This document shows positions 1-8,118 of a stretch of DNA of 20,608 nucleotides, piece by piece. Within the stretch, counting starts at the first letter, position 1. Every line of letters starts with the position of its first letter. Position numbers and translations under genes: made by a program. The notes under the pieces were generated by a model. The model ran no database searches. It saw nothing but the letters and a program-made list of their open reading frames with translations, and was not told where the DNA came from. Source of the stretch: Myxococcales bacterium (GTDB lineage Bacteria; Myxococcota_A; SURF-8); contig QZKR01000129.1 in the NCBI GenBank assembly GCA_003598065.1, forward strand, positions 1 to 20,608, given 5' to 3'.

Positions 1-1796
1 GCCGGGCCGGCCGGCTGGCCGCTTAGGGGGCAGATCTCGCGCTCGGCCGCCGTCGCCGGCGGCGCGTACCAGGCCGCGTCGGAAGCGCCGGGCAGCGTAT
101 TGAAGATGGCGAACAGAAGCGGCGCGGCGGCTTCCGAGCCCACCAGCTCCGGCGCGCCCGCGCCCGAGAAGTTGCCGGCCCAGACGCCGACCGTCCAGCG
201 GCGGTTGTAGCCGATGCTCCAGGCGTCGCGATGGCCGTAGGACGTGCCCGTCTTCCAGGCGACGGTCGGCTGGTTGACGGCGAAGCGCCAGGCGCGCGGC
301 AGATCCGGCCGGCGCAAATCGACGAGAATGTCGGCGAGCAGGTAGGCCGCGCCCGGCGAGATAAGATGCGGCCCGGAGCGCTTGGGATCGTCGGCCAGCA
401 CGCGCACCGGCCGCCATTCGCCGCCGCGCGCCAGCATGGCGTAGAGGTTGCTCAGCTCCAGCAGGTTGACTTCGCAGCCGCCCAAAACCATCGACAGACC
501 GTAATCGCTTTCCGGACGCGTCAGGGTGGTGACGCCGGCGCGGAGCAGAAACGGATACAGGCCGTCGCGGCCCAGACGGCTCACGAGGCCGACCGCCGGG
601 ACGTTGAGCGACCAGACGAGCGCCTCCCGCAAGGGGACGAGGCCGCGATACTGGCCGTCGAAGTTTTCGGGGGAGTAAGCCCCGTAAGCGGTCGGCGTGT
701 CCACTAGCGCCGTGTCCGGCGTCGCCAGGCCGCGATCCATCGCCAGCGCGTAGACGAACGGCTTCAAGGCCGAGCCGGGCGAGCGCGGGGCGAGCGCGCC
801 GTTCACCTGGCCGTGATGGGATTCGTCGAAGAAATCGCCGCTGCCGGCGAGGGCCTGCAATTCGCCCGTTTCGCTGTCGATGACGACGGCCGCCGCCTGG
901 TCGATGCCGCGCCGCCGCAGGTCGGCGACGTGGACGCGCAGGAGCGCTTCCGCCTGCCGCTGAATATCAGCGTCGAGCGTGGTCGGCAGCACGCCGCGCT
1001 CGGGGTATCGAGTCCGCAGCCAATCGGCGGCGTGCGCGGCGGAAGCGGGCATGGAGACGCGCCGCGCGGGGACGGCGGCCGAGGCGGCGTCGGCCGCCTC
1101 CGGGGCGGAAACGACGCCGCGCCGCTGCAGGATCGTCAGCAGCTTGTCGCGCGCCTTTCCCGCCGCCTTGGGGTGGCGGTCGGGGCGCGTGCGCGAGGGC
1201 GAGTTGGGCAGGGCGGCCAGAAGCGCCGCGTCGGCCAGGCCGAGTTCGCGGGCGTCCTTGCCGAAATAGGCGAAAGCGCCCGCGCCCACGCCGGCGAGGT
1301 TGCCGCCGTAAGGCGCAAGGTTGAAATACAGCTCCAGGATCTCGCGCTTATCGAAACGCGCCTCGATCTGCAAGGCGCGGAACGCTTCAACAAGCTTGGC
1401 GGCGAGTGTGCGCGGCTTCGGCTCGATAAGTCGCGCCACCTGCATGGTCAGGGTCGAGCCGCCGGAAACGGTGCGCCCGGCGCGCAGATTCTGGACCAGG
1501 GCGCGCAATAGGGAAGCCGGGTTGACGCCGGGATGCCGGAAAAACCAGCGGTCCTCGTAGGCGACGACGAGGCGCACGAGGTCGGGCGACAGCTCGTCGA
1601 GCCGCTTATTGATGCGCCACGCGCCGTCGTCGGCGAGGTAGGCGCGCAACAGCTTGCCGTCGCGGTCGAGGACGACCGGCGAGAAGGGCGGGCGCAGCTT
1701 CTCCACGGGCAGCGGAAAAAGCGCGTCCGTGGCGAGCGCCAGCGCCGCGGCGAAGAGCAGCGCCGCGGCAATCCGTTTCGGCCAGCGCCAGCGCAC
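1..1796 (-). CDS. pbpC: Penicillin-binding protein 1C (bifunctional transglycosylase/transpeptidase), 3'-truncated at window edge (~598 aa present)
   Basis: I translated the minus strand by hand from the GTG at ~1796. A GGAG lies 6 nt upstream and directly abuts the A2M TAG stop, which suggests translational coupling. The frame is open to position 1. The N-terminus is a hydrophobic anchor (VRWRWPKRIAAALLFAAALALA). Glycosyltransferase-51 motifs follow: VVAYEDRWFFRHPGVNP, GGSTLTMQVAR and DKREILELYFNLAPYGG. Transpeptidase motifs follow those: SPGSALKPFVYA (SxxK), WSLNVPAV (SxN) and KTGTSYGHRDAWSIGY (KTG). It is absent from the ORF track because it has a non-ATG start and no stop inside the window. 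A gene order of A2M then pbpC is the known yfhM-pbpC arrangement. Confidence 0.85.
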   Translation of the reverse strand, partial: MRWRWPKRIAAALLFAAALALATDALFPLPVEKLRPPFSPVVLDRDGKLLRAYLADDGAWRINKRLDELSPDLVRLVVAYEDRWFFRHPGVNPASLLRALVQNLRAGRTVSGGSTLTMQVARLIEPKPRTLAAKLVEAFRALQIEARFDKREILELYFNLAPYGGNLAGVGAGAFAYFGKDARELGLADAALLAALPNSPSRTRPDRHPKAAGKARDKLLTILQRRGVVSAPEAADAASAAVPARRVSMPASAAHAADWLRTRYPERGVLPTTLDADIQRQAEALLRVHVADLRRRGIDQAAAVVIDSETGELQALAGSGDFFDESHHGQVNGALAPRSPGSALKPFVYALAMDRGLATPDTALVDTPTAYGAYSPENFDGQYRGLVPLREALVWSLNVPAVGLVSRLGRDGLYPFLLRAGVTTLTRPESDYGLSMVLGGCEVNLLELSNLYAMLARGGEWRPVRVLADDPKRSGPHLISPGAAYLLADILVDLRRPDLPRAWRFAVNQPTVAWKTGTSYGHRDAWSIGYNRRWTVGVWAGNFSGAGAPELVGSEAAAPLLFAIFNTLPGASDAAWYAPPATAAEREICPLSGQPAGP

Positions 1797-1806
1797 CGCG
1801 TTCTCC

Positions 1807-4800
1807 CTACGGCGCGAGCGGCCGCACGACGATCGCGCCCGAGGAGGCGAGGCTGTTTTTCACCGGATCGTACATCGCCTCGGCCTTGATCGGCGGCAGG
1901 GCGAAGCGGCCCGCCGTCACGGCGCGCAGCGCGTAGCGGAAAACCGCCTTTTGATTTTCCGCCAGCGAGGCGAAAAGCACGAGCCGGTCGTCACGCAAGT
2001 CCATATAGCTTGGGTAAAGGCGGGTCGAGGATTCGTCTTCCGACTCCCACTCGAAAGCTTCGCGCGAGGCCAGGCGCGGATTCTCGATCTCCAGGCCGCC
2101 GGGCAGAAGGTCGGTGACGACGACGTTCTCCAGCGCCTCGCTCGCCGTCAGCGTAATCTCGGCGACGACGAGTTCGCCCTGCTTGAAAGCTTCCGCGCCG
2201 AGTTCCTGGCCGTTCTTGTCGAGGTAGCGGCGGCGGACGGCGAGGTCGATGTCGTGCTCCTTGACGCCGCCTTTCGTCGGCACGCCCTCCACCTGCCAGA
2301 AGTAGTAGGCCGCGCCGGTCCCCTCGATGGCGATCGTCAGATTCTCGCCGGCGAGCGAGGCGTCGTCCAGCGTAGTCCCTTTCTCGTCGAACTCGGCGAC
2401 CGTGGACATGAGCCCCTTGGAAAGCTTGCCGGTGAAGCGCGCCTCGGGTTCGCGGCGGTAGATCTTGCCCAGGGCCAACAGCGCCACGGCGTGATCCTGC
2501 GTCGTGCCGTGGCGGTCGATTTTCACCGTGTCGAGCAGCTTCTGCGTCAAAACGGCCACGGCGGGATTCTGCGGCTCGACCTCGGCGAGCGTGGCGAGAA
2601 TCAGCGCCGTGCCCCGTTCGGGGGAGTTGAAGTTGCCGCCCGACTCGCGCTTGGCCGACGACGGCGCGATCGCCGCCGGCAACAGCGCCTTGGCGGCGCG
2701 GGCGTTGCCGGCGTGGTGGAAGGCGGCGGCCAAGAGCAGGCGCGGGTAGTCGCCGAGCCGGTCGAGGAGATTGTCCTTGAGGTAGGTCATCGCGCCGACG
2801 TCCGGCGCGCCGGCGAGGGCGAGCAGGTAAAGGGCGTAGGCGCGCCGCTCCAGATTCCGGCGGCCCTCGGGGCTCGCCGCGTCGGCGACGCCCTCGGCGA
2901 CCAGCGACTTGAGCCGCGCCCGCAGCCCGGCGCTCGTCCGCTGGGAAACGACGAAGCCGGCCTTCTCGGCTTCGATGAGGAAGTGCCCGGCCCAGAGCGT
3001 CGCCCAGGGGTAGTCCTCGCCGCCGCCCGGCCAGTAGGCGAAGCCGCCGTTGGTCAGCTGCATCGCCTCCAGCTTCTCGATGGCGCGGTTCACGTAGTAG
3101 TCGGCGCTTTTGTCGGCGAAGAGACGCGGCTCCGCCTGGCGCGCCAGATCCTTGAAATAGAGCAGCGGGAAGGCGGCGGAGGTCGTCTGTTCCACGCAGC
3201 CGTAAGGGTAGGTGAGCAGATATTGCAGGCTCGCGCCGAACTGCGCCGCCGGCAGGGCGGAGACGGCCAGCCGCAGCCGCGCCGTGCCGGCAAGATGACC
3301 GCCGGGGAGTTTCAGCGTCGCTTTCTCGCCGGCCGGGACGCGGCCGCTGCCGGCGTCGATGACCAGCGGGTTCGGCGGGCGCACGACGACGTCGGCCGTG
3401 CTTTTCGTCGTCGCGCCGTTGCCCGACGCCTCGACCGTCACCGTCGCCGCGCCGGCCTCCGGCTTGACCTCGGCTTCGAAAACGACGACGGCCTCCGCGC
3501 CGTCCTTGAGCGACACGCGCTGCGCGCCGTTTCGCACCGCGACGGGGCCCGTGGTCGTCGCCTTGATCTCGAAGCTCCCCTCGCGGCCGGTTTTGTTGTA
3601 GACCGACACCGGCAGCGCGAACGCATCGCCCGGCGCGAGGGCGCGCGGCGCGGTGGGCGAGAGGACGATGGCGTCGGCGACCGTCGTCGCGGTCTGTGCG
3701 CCGGCGAAGCGGTCGCGGTCGAAGGCCACGGCCATGATCCGCAGCGAGCCGTTGAACTCCGGCACGCTGAAGGTCGCCTCGCCCCGCCCCTGCGCGTCCA
3801 GTTGCACGAGCCCCGACCAGAGCGAGACCGGCTTGACGCGCTTGATCGCCACGGGATTGAGGTTTTTCTGCCGCGCCTCCTCCATCGCGTCGCCGCCCTC
3901 GCCCTTCTTGCGCTTCGCGCCTTTCAGCTCGGGCAGCAGGAAGCTGTAAAGGTCGTGCGTCGCCACGGCGAGCCGCTGGCGGGCGAAAAAGAATTTCAAC
4001 GGGTCGGGCGAGGCGAAGCCGGTCAGCTGCAGAATGCCCTCGTCCACGGCGGCGATCGTCGCCCAGGCGCTTCCCGAGCCGCCGCCCACGCTCAGGCGCA
4101 CGGTGAGCGGGCGGTTGGGCCGCATCTCGGCGGGCGCGTCGAGCGTCACGGCGAGCTTGTGCCGCGAGTGATCGACGAACAGGGGATAGACGCCGAAGGC
4201 GCGCGCCGGGGCGTAGGGTTCGAGGCTCTCCACGGAGCGGATCAAGGTCGCCGAGACGTAGACGTTCGGGGCCCAGTCGGCCTCGACGGCGAGCGGCACG
4301 GTGGCCGTGTTGCCGTCCATGGAGACGATCTTCGTCGCCATGACGCCGGCGCGCTCGACGGTGAGGATCAATTTGCCGGCGAAGGGCGCGCGGACGATCG
4401 CCTGCGCCGTCTCGCCCGGCGCGTAGGCTTTTTTGTCGAGATCGATCTGCAGCCGGTCCGGCATGGACATCGCCCACGGCGCGTAGCCCCAGCCCGAGGC
4501 GTAGAAGGAGACGGCGGCTTTGTGCCCGCCGTCCTTGGCCGTCGCCACGACGCGCCAGGCGCCGAACTCCTTGGGCGTCAGCGAGACGGAGACGGGCTTG
4601 TCGCCCGTCGTCGCCTCCGTCGTCTCGACCCGCTCCTCTTTGCGCTCGGAGACGTAGCGATAGAAACCCCTGTTGTCGCGCTGCAATGCGGTGTGCCAGA
4701 TGACGCGGTAAAGCTCCACCGTCACGGCCTTGCCGGACAAGACGCGACCGTCGGCATCGAGCGCGACCAGCGAAAACGCCGCCGGCTTGCCCGGCTCGGC

Positions 4801-7275
4801 GTAGCCTTCGGCTTCTTTCTTGACGCCGACATAGAAGGGGTAAGGGTGGACTGGCAGGCTAAGCTGGCTGGAGACGGCGCGGCCGCCCTCGTCGTGGACG
4901 GTGGCGGAGACGATCGCCGCCAGCGAGGAGGGCGGGCGGACCTCGGCCGGCAGAGCGAGCGAAAAGCCGGCCTGACCGTCCTCGCCGAGCGCCGCCTCGC
5001 CAAGCTCGATGGTCGTCGTCTCGAAAGTCGCCGCGTCGTCGTAGAAAGAATAGGTTCCGTAACTCGCCGGCTCGAAGCGGCTCGCGGCGAGGCGCGCCGT
5101 CGCCTCGACGCGGCGGCCGGCGGCGGGCGGACCGAAGAGCAGCGTGCCCTTGACCGTCAGCGCCGCCGTTTCGCCGGCGCGGTAGGCGGGCTTGTCGGCC
5201 GTCAGCTTGACGTTGATCCGGTCGGGAACGAAGTCCTCGACGAGAAAGGTCGTTTCGCCGAGCGCCGCCTCGGTGGCCATCAGCAGCTCGGCGCGCCAGC
5301 GGCCGGTCATCGCCCAGGCGGGGACCTCCAGCGCGAACTCCAGCGCGCCGTGCGCCGGCAACGCGGCCTGGAAAGTCTTGAAGATGCGCTGATCGGGGCC
5401 GCGCACGACGAGCTTGACCGGCATCGACGGCGGCAGGCCCAGCTCGGCCGTGCGCACGACGGCGACGAGATGGGCCGTGTCGTCGGGGCGGTAGACGCCG
5501 CGGTCGGCGTAAATCCAGGTGCGGTACTGGAACGCCTCGGGCGCGGCGAGGCCGCCGACGTCGAAATCGCCGCTGGGGACGACGCTGTCGGACAGCCGCA
5601 GGAACGTCATGTCCTCGCCCTTCTGAACAACGATGGCGTAGGGCTCGAAGTTCTTTTTAAGCGCGGCGAGATTGGGGAGGCGCGCCTGGCCTTTCTCGTC
5701 GCTGCGGACGACGGCCAGTTCCTGGTTGTTGAGGCTCATGAGGCTCACCGTCGCGCCGGCGACGGGATCGAGCGTCTTCAACGAATTGGCGAACACCCAC
5801 AGCGCGTCGGGCGCGGCCTTGACGACCAGGCCGATGTCGGTGGCCAGGACCCACTTCTGGTCGCGCCGCTCGCTCTGCGGATCGACGGCGGTGACGAGAA
5901 AGACGCCCTTGTGGCGCCCGCCGCCCGCGAAATAACGCTTCAGGTCGATCGGCGTCGCGGCTTTCTCGTTTTGCCGCGACGTTACCGACAGCTCTTCTTC
6001 CTTCCCGATCGTCTGGCCCAGCGCGTCGAGATCGGCATAACCGCCGTAGTAGTAATCATCGCCGTAATAAGAATCGTAGTAGCTGCCGCGCGCCAGCGAG
6101 CTGTTGAGGAAGAACACGAGGTTGTTGGGGAAGATCTTGGCCACCGAGACGCGCAGCGAGGAGACGTTGATCGTCTCCACGCCCACCGCGCCCGCCCCCT
6201 CGCGCGGCAGATAGTAGCCGGGGGAGGCGAATTTGACGGTCGGCTCGTAGTCGGGGATCAGCACCTCGCGCGTCAGGTCTTCCTCCAGGACGGCCCCGTC
6301 GTCGGCGATGAAGCCCTTCTTCACCGTCACCGAGTAGGACTGGCCCGGCTTGAACTCGGCGACGATCGCCGCGCCGCGCCAGGCGTCGCCCAGGCGGTAG
6401 TCGATGGCCGGCGAGACCGAGAGGTAGGGCTTGGCCGCCTCAAGCTGAATGTAGGAGGAGAAGCGCACGACGATGGCGAAGAGATCGCCCTGCTGCTCGG
6501 GCATCACCTCCTCGACCTTGAGCGTCTTGCGGCCCTCCACCTTGAGCGTCAGCGTCGCGCCGGCGGCGAGGCCGGTGTTGCCGGCGACGGCCGGCAGGCC
6601 CTTGGGGAAGGCGAGCGTCAGGTTGCGCGAGCGATCGACCATCGGCAGGGGATCGGTCGTCAACTGCATCGCGGCGGCGGGTTCGGTCTGCGTGACCGCA
6701 TAGGCGAGGCGGCCCTCGTCCTGCAAGTCAAGTTCGAGGCTTTCGGAGAGCGTCTTGGGGGCGACGGGGTAATTGAAGGTCAGATCGACGATGACCTTCG
6801 CCAGCTTGCGTTTGAAATCGGTGTAGCTGATGTTGACCAATGCGTCCTTGATCGCGAAATGTTCCGTTTCGAAGACGAAGGTCTTCTCGCCGACGAGTTT
6901 CAAACCCGGAATGGCCACGGCGGCGTCTTTGACGCGGGCCTCGTAGCGCAGCCCGCCCGGCAGGGTTTCCTTGGGGTAGAAGCGCAACGTGTCGGGAGCG
7001 ACCCATTGAAAACGGCCCTCGATCGGCGGCGCGAACTCCACGGGCGGCGCCGGCGGGGCCTGGCCGACCTGCGTGCGGTCCACAGCCATGCCGGAAAACT
7101 CGATCGTGATGTTGCCCTGGCCCCGCCCCTTGGCGCCGGCCTGGAAGTTGACGACTTTTATCTCGCCTGCGCCGGGCTGTCCCGCCCCGCCGCCGCAACC
7201 CGCGAGGGCGGCGAAGAGAAACGGCGACAGGCCGAACACGACCCACATCATCCGGACGCCCAAGGCCTTCCGCAT
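1807..7275 (-). CDS. yfhM: Bacterial alpha-2-macroglobulin family lipoprotein (YfhM/ECAM-like), thioester-containing, ~1820 aa
   Basis: The track ORF is 1807..7323. The likelier start is the internal ATG at ~7275, because AGGGGAAGCC sits just upstream and it yields MRKALGVRMMWVVFGLSPFLFAALAGC. That is a lipoprotein signal with an LAGC lipobox. The thioester motif GCVEQ lies within YLLTYPYGCVEQTTSAAFPLLYF. The protein is very long and beta-rich, and sits immediately upstream of pbpC. Stop codon is TAG at 1807-1809. Confidence 0.9.
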   Translation of the reverse strand: MRKALGVRMMWVVFGLSPFLFAALAGCGGGAGQPGAGEIKVVNFQAGAKGRGQGNITIEFSGMAVDRTQVGQAPPAPPVEFAPPIEGRFQWVAPDTLRFYPKETLPGGLRYEARVKDAAVAIPGLKLVGEKTFVFETEHFAIKDALVNISYTDFKRKLAKVIVDLTFNYPVAPKTLSESLELDLQDEGRLAYAVTQTEPAAAMQLTTDPLPMVDRSRNLTLAFPKGLPAVAGNTGLAAGATLTLKVEGRKTLKVEEVMPEQQGDLFAIVVRFSSYIQLEAAKPYLSVSPAIDYRLGDAWRGAAIVAEFKPGQSYSVTVKKGFIADDGAVLEEDLTREVLIPDYEPTVKFASPGYYLPREGAGAVGVETINVSSLRVSVAKIFPNNLVFFLNSSLARGSYYDSYYGDDYYYGGYADLDALGQTIGKEEELSVTSRQNEKAATPIDLKRYFAGGGRHKGVFLVTAVDPQSERRDQKWVLATDIGLVVKAAPDALWVFANSLKTLDPVAGATVSLMSLNNQELAVVRSDEKGQARLPNLAALKKNFEPYAIVVQKGEDMTFLRLSDSVVPSGDFDVGGLAAPEAFQYRTWIYADRGVYRPDDTAHLVAVVRTAELGLPPSMPVKLVVRGPDQRIFKTFQAALPAHGALEFALEVPAWAMTGRWRAELLMATEAALGETTFLVEDFVPDRINVKLTADKPAYRAGETAALTVKGTLLFGPPAAGRRVEATARLAASRFEPASYGTYSFYDDAATFETTTIELGEAALGEDGQAGFSLALPAEVRPPSSLAAIVSATVHDEGGRAVSSQLSLPVHPYPFYVGVKKEAEGYAEPGKPAAFSLVALDADGRVLSGKAVTVELYRVIWHTALQRDNRGFYRYVSERKEERVETTEATTGDKPVSVSLTPKEFGAWRVVATAKDGGHKAAVSFYASGWGYAPWAMSMPDRLQIDLDKKAYAPGETAQAIVRAPFAGKLILTVERAGVMATKIVSMDGNTATVPLAVEADWAPNVYVSATLIRSVESLEPYAPARAFGVYPLFVDHSRHKLAVTLDAPAEMRPNRPLTVRLSVGGGSGSAWATIAAVDEGILQLTGFASPDPLKFFFARQRLAVATHDLYSFLLPELKGAKRKKGEGGDAMEEARQKNLNPVAIKRVKPVSLWSGLVQLDAQGRGEATFSVPEFNGSLRIMAVAFDRDRFAGAQTATTVADAIVLSPTAPRALAPGDAFALPVSVYNKTGREGSFEIKATTTGPVAVRNGAQRVSLKDGAEAVVVFEAEVKPEAGAATVTVEASGNGATTKSTADVVVRPPNPLVIDAGSGRVPAGEKATLKLPGGHLAGTARLRLAVSALPAAQFGASLQYLLTYPYGCVEQTTSAAFPLLYFKDLARQAEPRLFADKSADYYVNRAIEKLEAMQLTNGGFAYWPGGGEDYPWATLWAGHFLIEAEKAGFVVSQRTSAGLRARLKSLVAEGVADAASPEGRRNLERRAYALYLLALAGAPDVGAMTYLKDNLLDRLGDYPRLLLAAAFHHAGNARAAKALLPAAIAPSSAKRESGGNFNSPERGTALILATLAEVEPQNPAVAVLTQKLLDTVKIDRHGTTQDHAVALLALGKIYRREPEARFTGKLSKGLMSTVAEFDEKGTTLDDASLAGENLTIAIEGTGAAYYFWQVEGVPTKGGVKEHDIDLAVRRRYLDKNGQELGAEAFKQGELVVAEITLTASEALENVVVTDLLPGGLEIENPRLASREAFEWESEDESSTRLYPSYMDLRDDRLVLFASLAENQKAVFRYALRAVTAGRFALPPIKAEAMYDPVKNSLASSGAIVVRPLAP
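3187..3201 (-). other. Thioester site codons (G-C-V-E-Q; CxEQ) of the alpha-2-macroglobulin
   Basis: Plus-strand ctgttccacgcagcc is the reverse complement of GGC TGC GTG GAA CAG. An intact Cys and Gln mean a covalent-trapping YfhM type, not a thioester-less MagD type. Confidence 0.8.
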
Positions 7276-7322
7276 GGCTTCCCCTTGCCAGAATGTAGGA
7301 AATAAACCCCTTCCGCTTTCCA

Positions 7323-7360
7323 AGGATGGTATAGCCCAAAGCGGCGGCTTTGACCATCCT
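7323..7360. promoter_or_regulatory. Compound palindrome in the divergent A2M / nfeD intergenic region (candidate operator or 5'-UTR structure)
   Basis: The outer arms are AGGATGGT (~7323-7330) and ACCATCCT (~7353-7360). They enclose an inner hairpin CAAAGC-ggcg-GCTTTG (~7337-7352). It lies ~50-85 nt upstream of the A2M ATG on the minus strand. Confidence 0.3.
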
Positions 7361-7396
7361 CAAAGCCGGTTGAAATCGTAAAATCCGGTTCGCGTT

Positions 7397-7436
7397 TTGA
7401 CGTGGATTGACAACGCCTCATGACAGCAAGTAAATT
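7397..7436 (+). promoter_or_regulatory. Sigma70-like promoter for the nfeD-flotillin operon
   Basis: TTGACG sits at 7397-7402 and a perfect TTGACA at 7407-7412. An 18-nt spacer is followed by TAAATT at 7431-7436. This is ~60 nt upstream of the nfeD ATG. Confidence 0.4.
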
Positions 7437-7496
7437 GGAACCGCTTTCGTAGCATTCCACGAGACAAACCGGCGACCGCGCTGGGGAGGGCGAAGC

Positions 7497-8075
7497 ATGT
7501 CGGCCTTGCAAATCCTGTTTGCCGTCTGCGCCGGAACGGGCGGCCTCGCTTTTCTGATCTGGCTGATTCTGCAACTCATCGGCGTCGCGCACGATATCGG
7601 GCCGCACGCCGACGTCCCCGCCGACGTGGACGCCAGTCACGCCGGCTCCGATACGAGCTTCAAGCTCCTTTCGTTCCAGGGCGTCAGCGCCTTTCTGATG
7701 ATGTTCGGCCTGGTGGGCCTGATTCTCCTGCAAACCGATCAGGGCGAGGTCGTCGCCACCATCGGCGCTCTTGTCGCCGGCGGCTTCGCGCTTTGGCTGA
7801 TCGCCCGCATTTTTTCGCTCTTCAAATCGCTGCAATCCAGCGGCACGATCGACATGCGCCGCGCCGTCGGCCAGACGGGCTCGGTCTACCTGACGATCTC
7901 TCCGAAAGGCACGGGCAAAGTGCAGGTGACCGTGCAGTCGCGGCTGATGGAGTTCGCGGCCGTCTCGGAGAGCGGCGAGGAACTGCGCACGGGCGAGCAG
8001 GTGCGCGTGGTCCGGCTGATCAACGATTCCACCCTCTCCGTCGAGCGGCTGAGCGCCGCCGCGCCGCCGTTGTGA
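7497..8075 (+). CDS. NfeD-like membrane protein (YuaF/YqiJ family) with C-terminal OB-fold domain, flotillin partner
   Basis: GGGGAGGG lies 6 nt before the ATG. The N-terminus has hydrophobic helices (LAFLIWLILQLIGV, FLMMFGLVGLILL, LVAGGFALWLIARIF). The C-terminal segment GQTGSVYLTISPKGTGKVQVTVQSRLMEFAAVSESGEELRTGEQVRVVRL is a typical NfeD beta-barrel. It sits immediately upstream of a flotillin gene. Confidence 0.7.
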   Translation: MSALQILFAVCAGTGGLAFLIWLILQLIGVAHDIGPHADVPADVDASHAGSDTSFKLLSFQGVSAFLMMFGLVGLILLQTDQGEVVATIGALVAGGFALWLIARIFSLFKSLQSSGTIDMRRAVGQTGSVYLTISPKGTGKVQVTVQSRLMEFAAVSESGEELRTGEQVRVVRLINDSTLSVERLSAAAPPL

Positions 8076-8118
8076 GGCGCTCGAACTATTCCGAACGATA
8101 TTTTGATAAGGAGGCCCC

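Noticed and set aside
231-1511. Plus-strand ORFs 231..707 and 813..1511 and the small ORFs around them
   Set aside because: They are antisense to the motif-rich pbpC frame on the minus strand, with low-complexity R/G/A-rich translations.
1654-7305. 1883-aa plus-strand ORF, with the 1991..4477 minus-strand 828-aa ORF and many shorter ones in the same span
   Set aside because: It is antisense or an alternate frame to the A2M gene. The Arg/Gly/Ala-rich translation has no recognisable motifs. Such ORFs are the expected stop-codon-poor artefacts in 70% G+C DNA, and the A2M frame explains the region.
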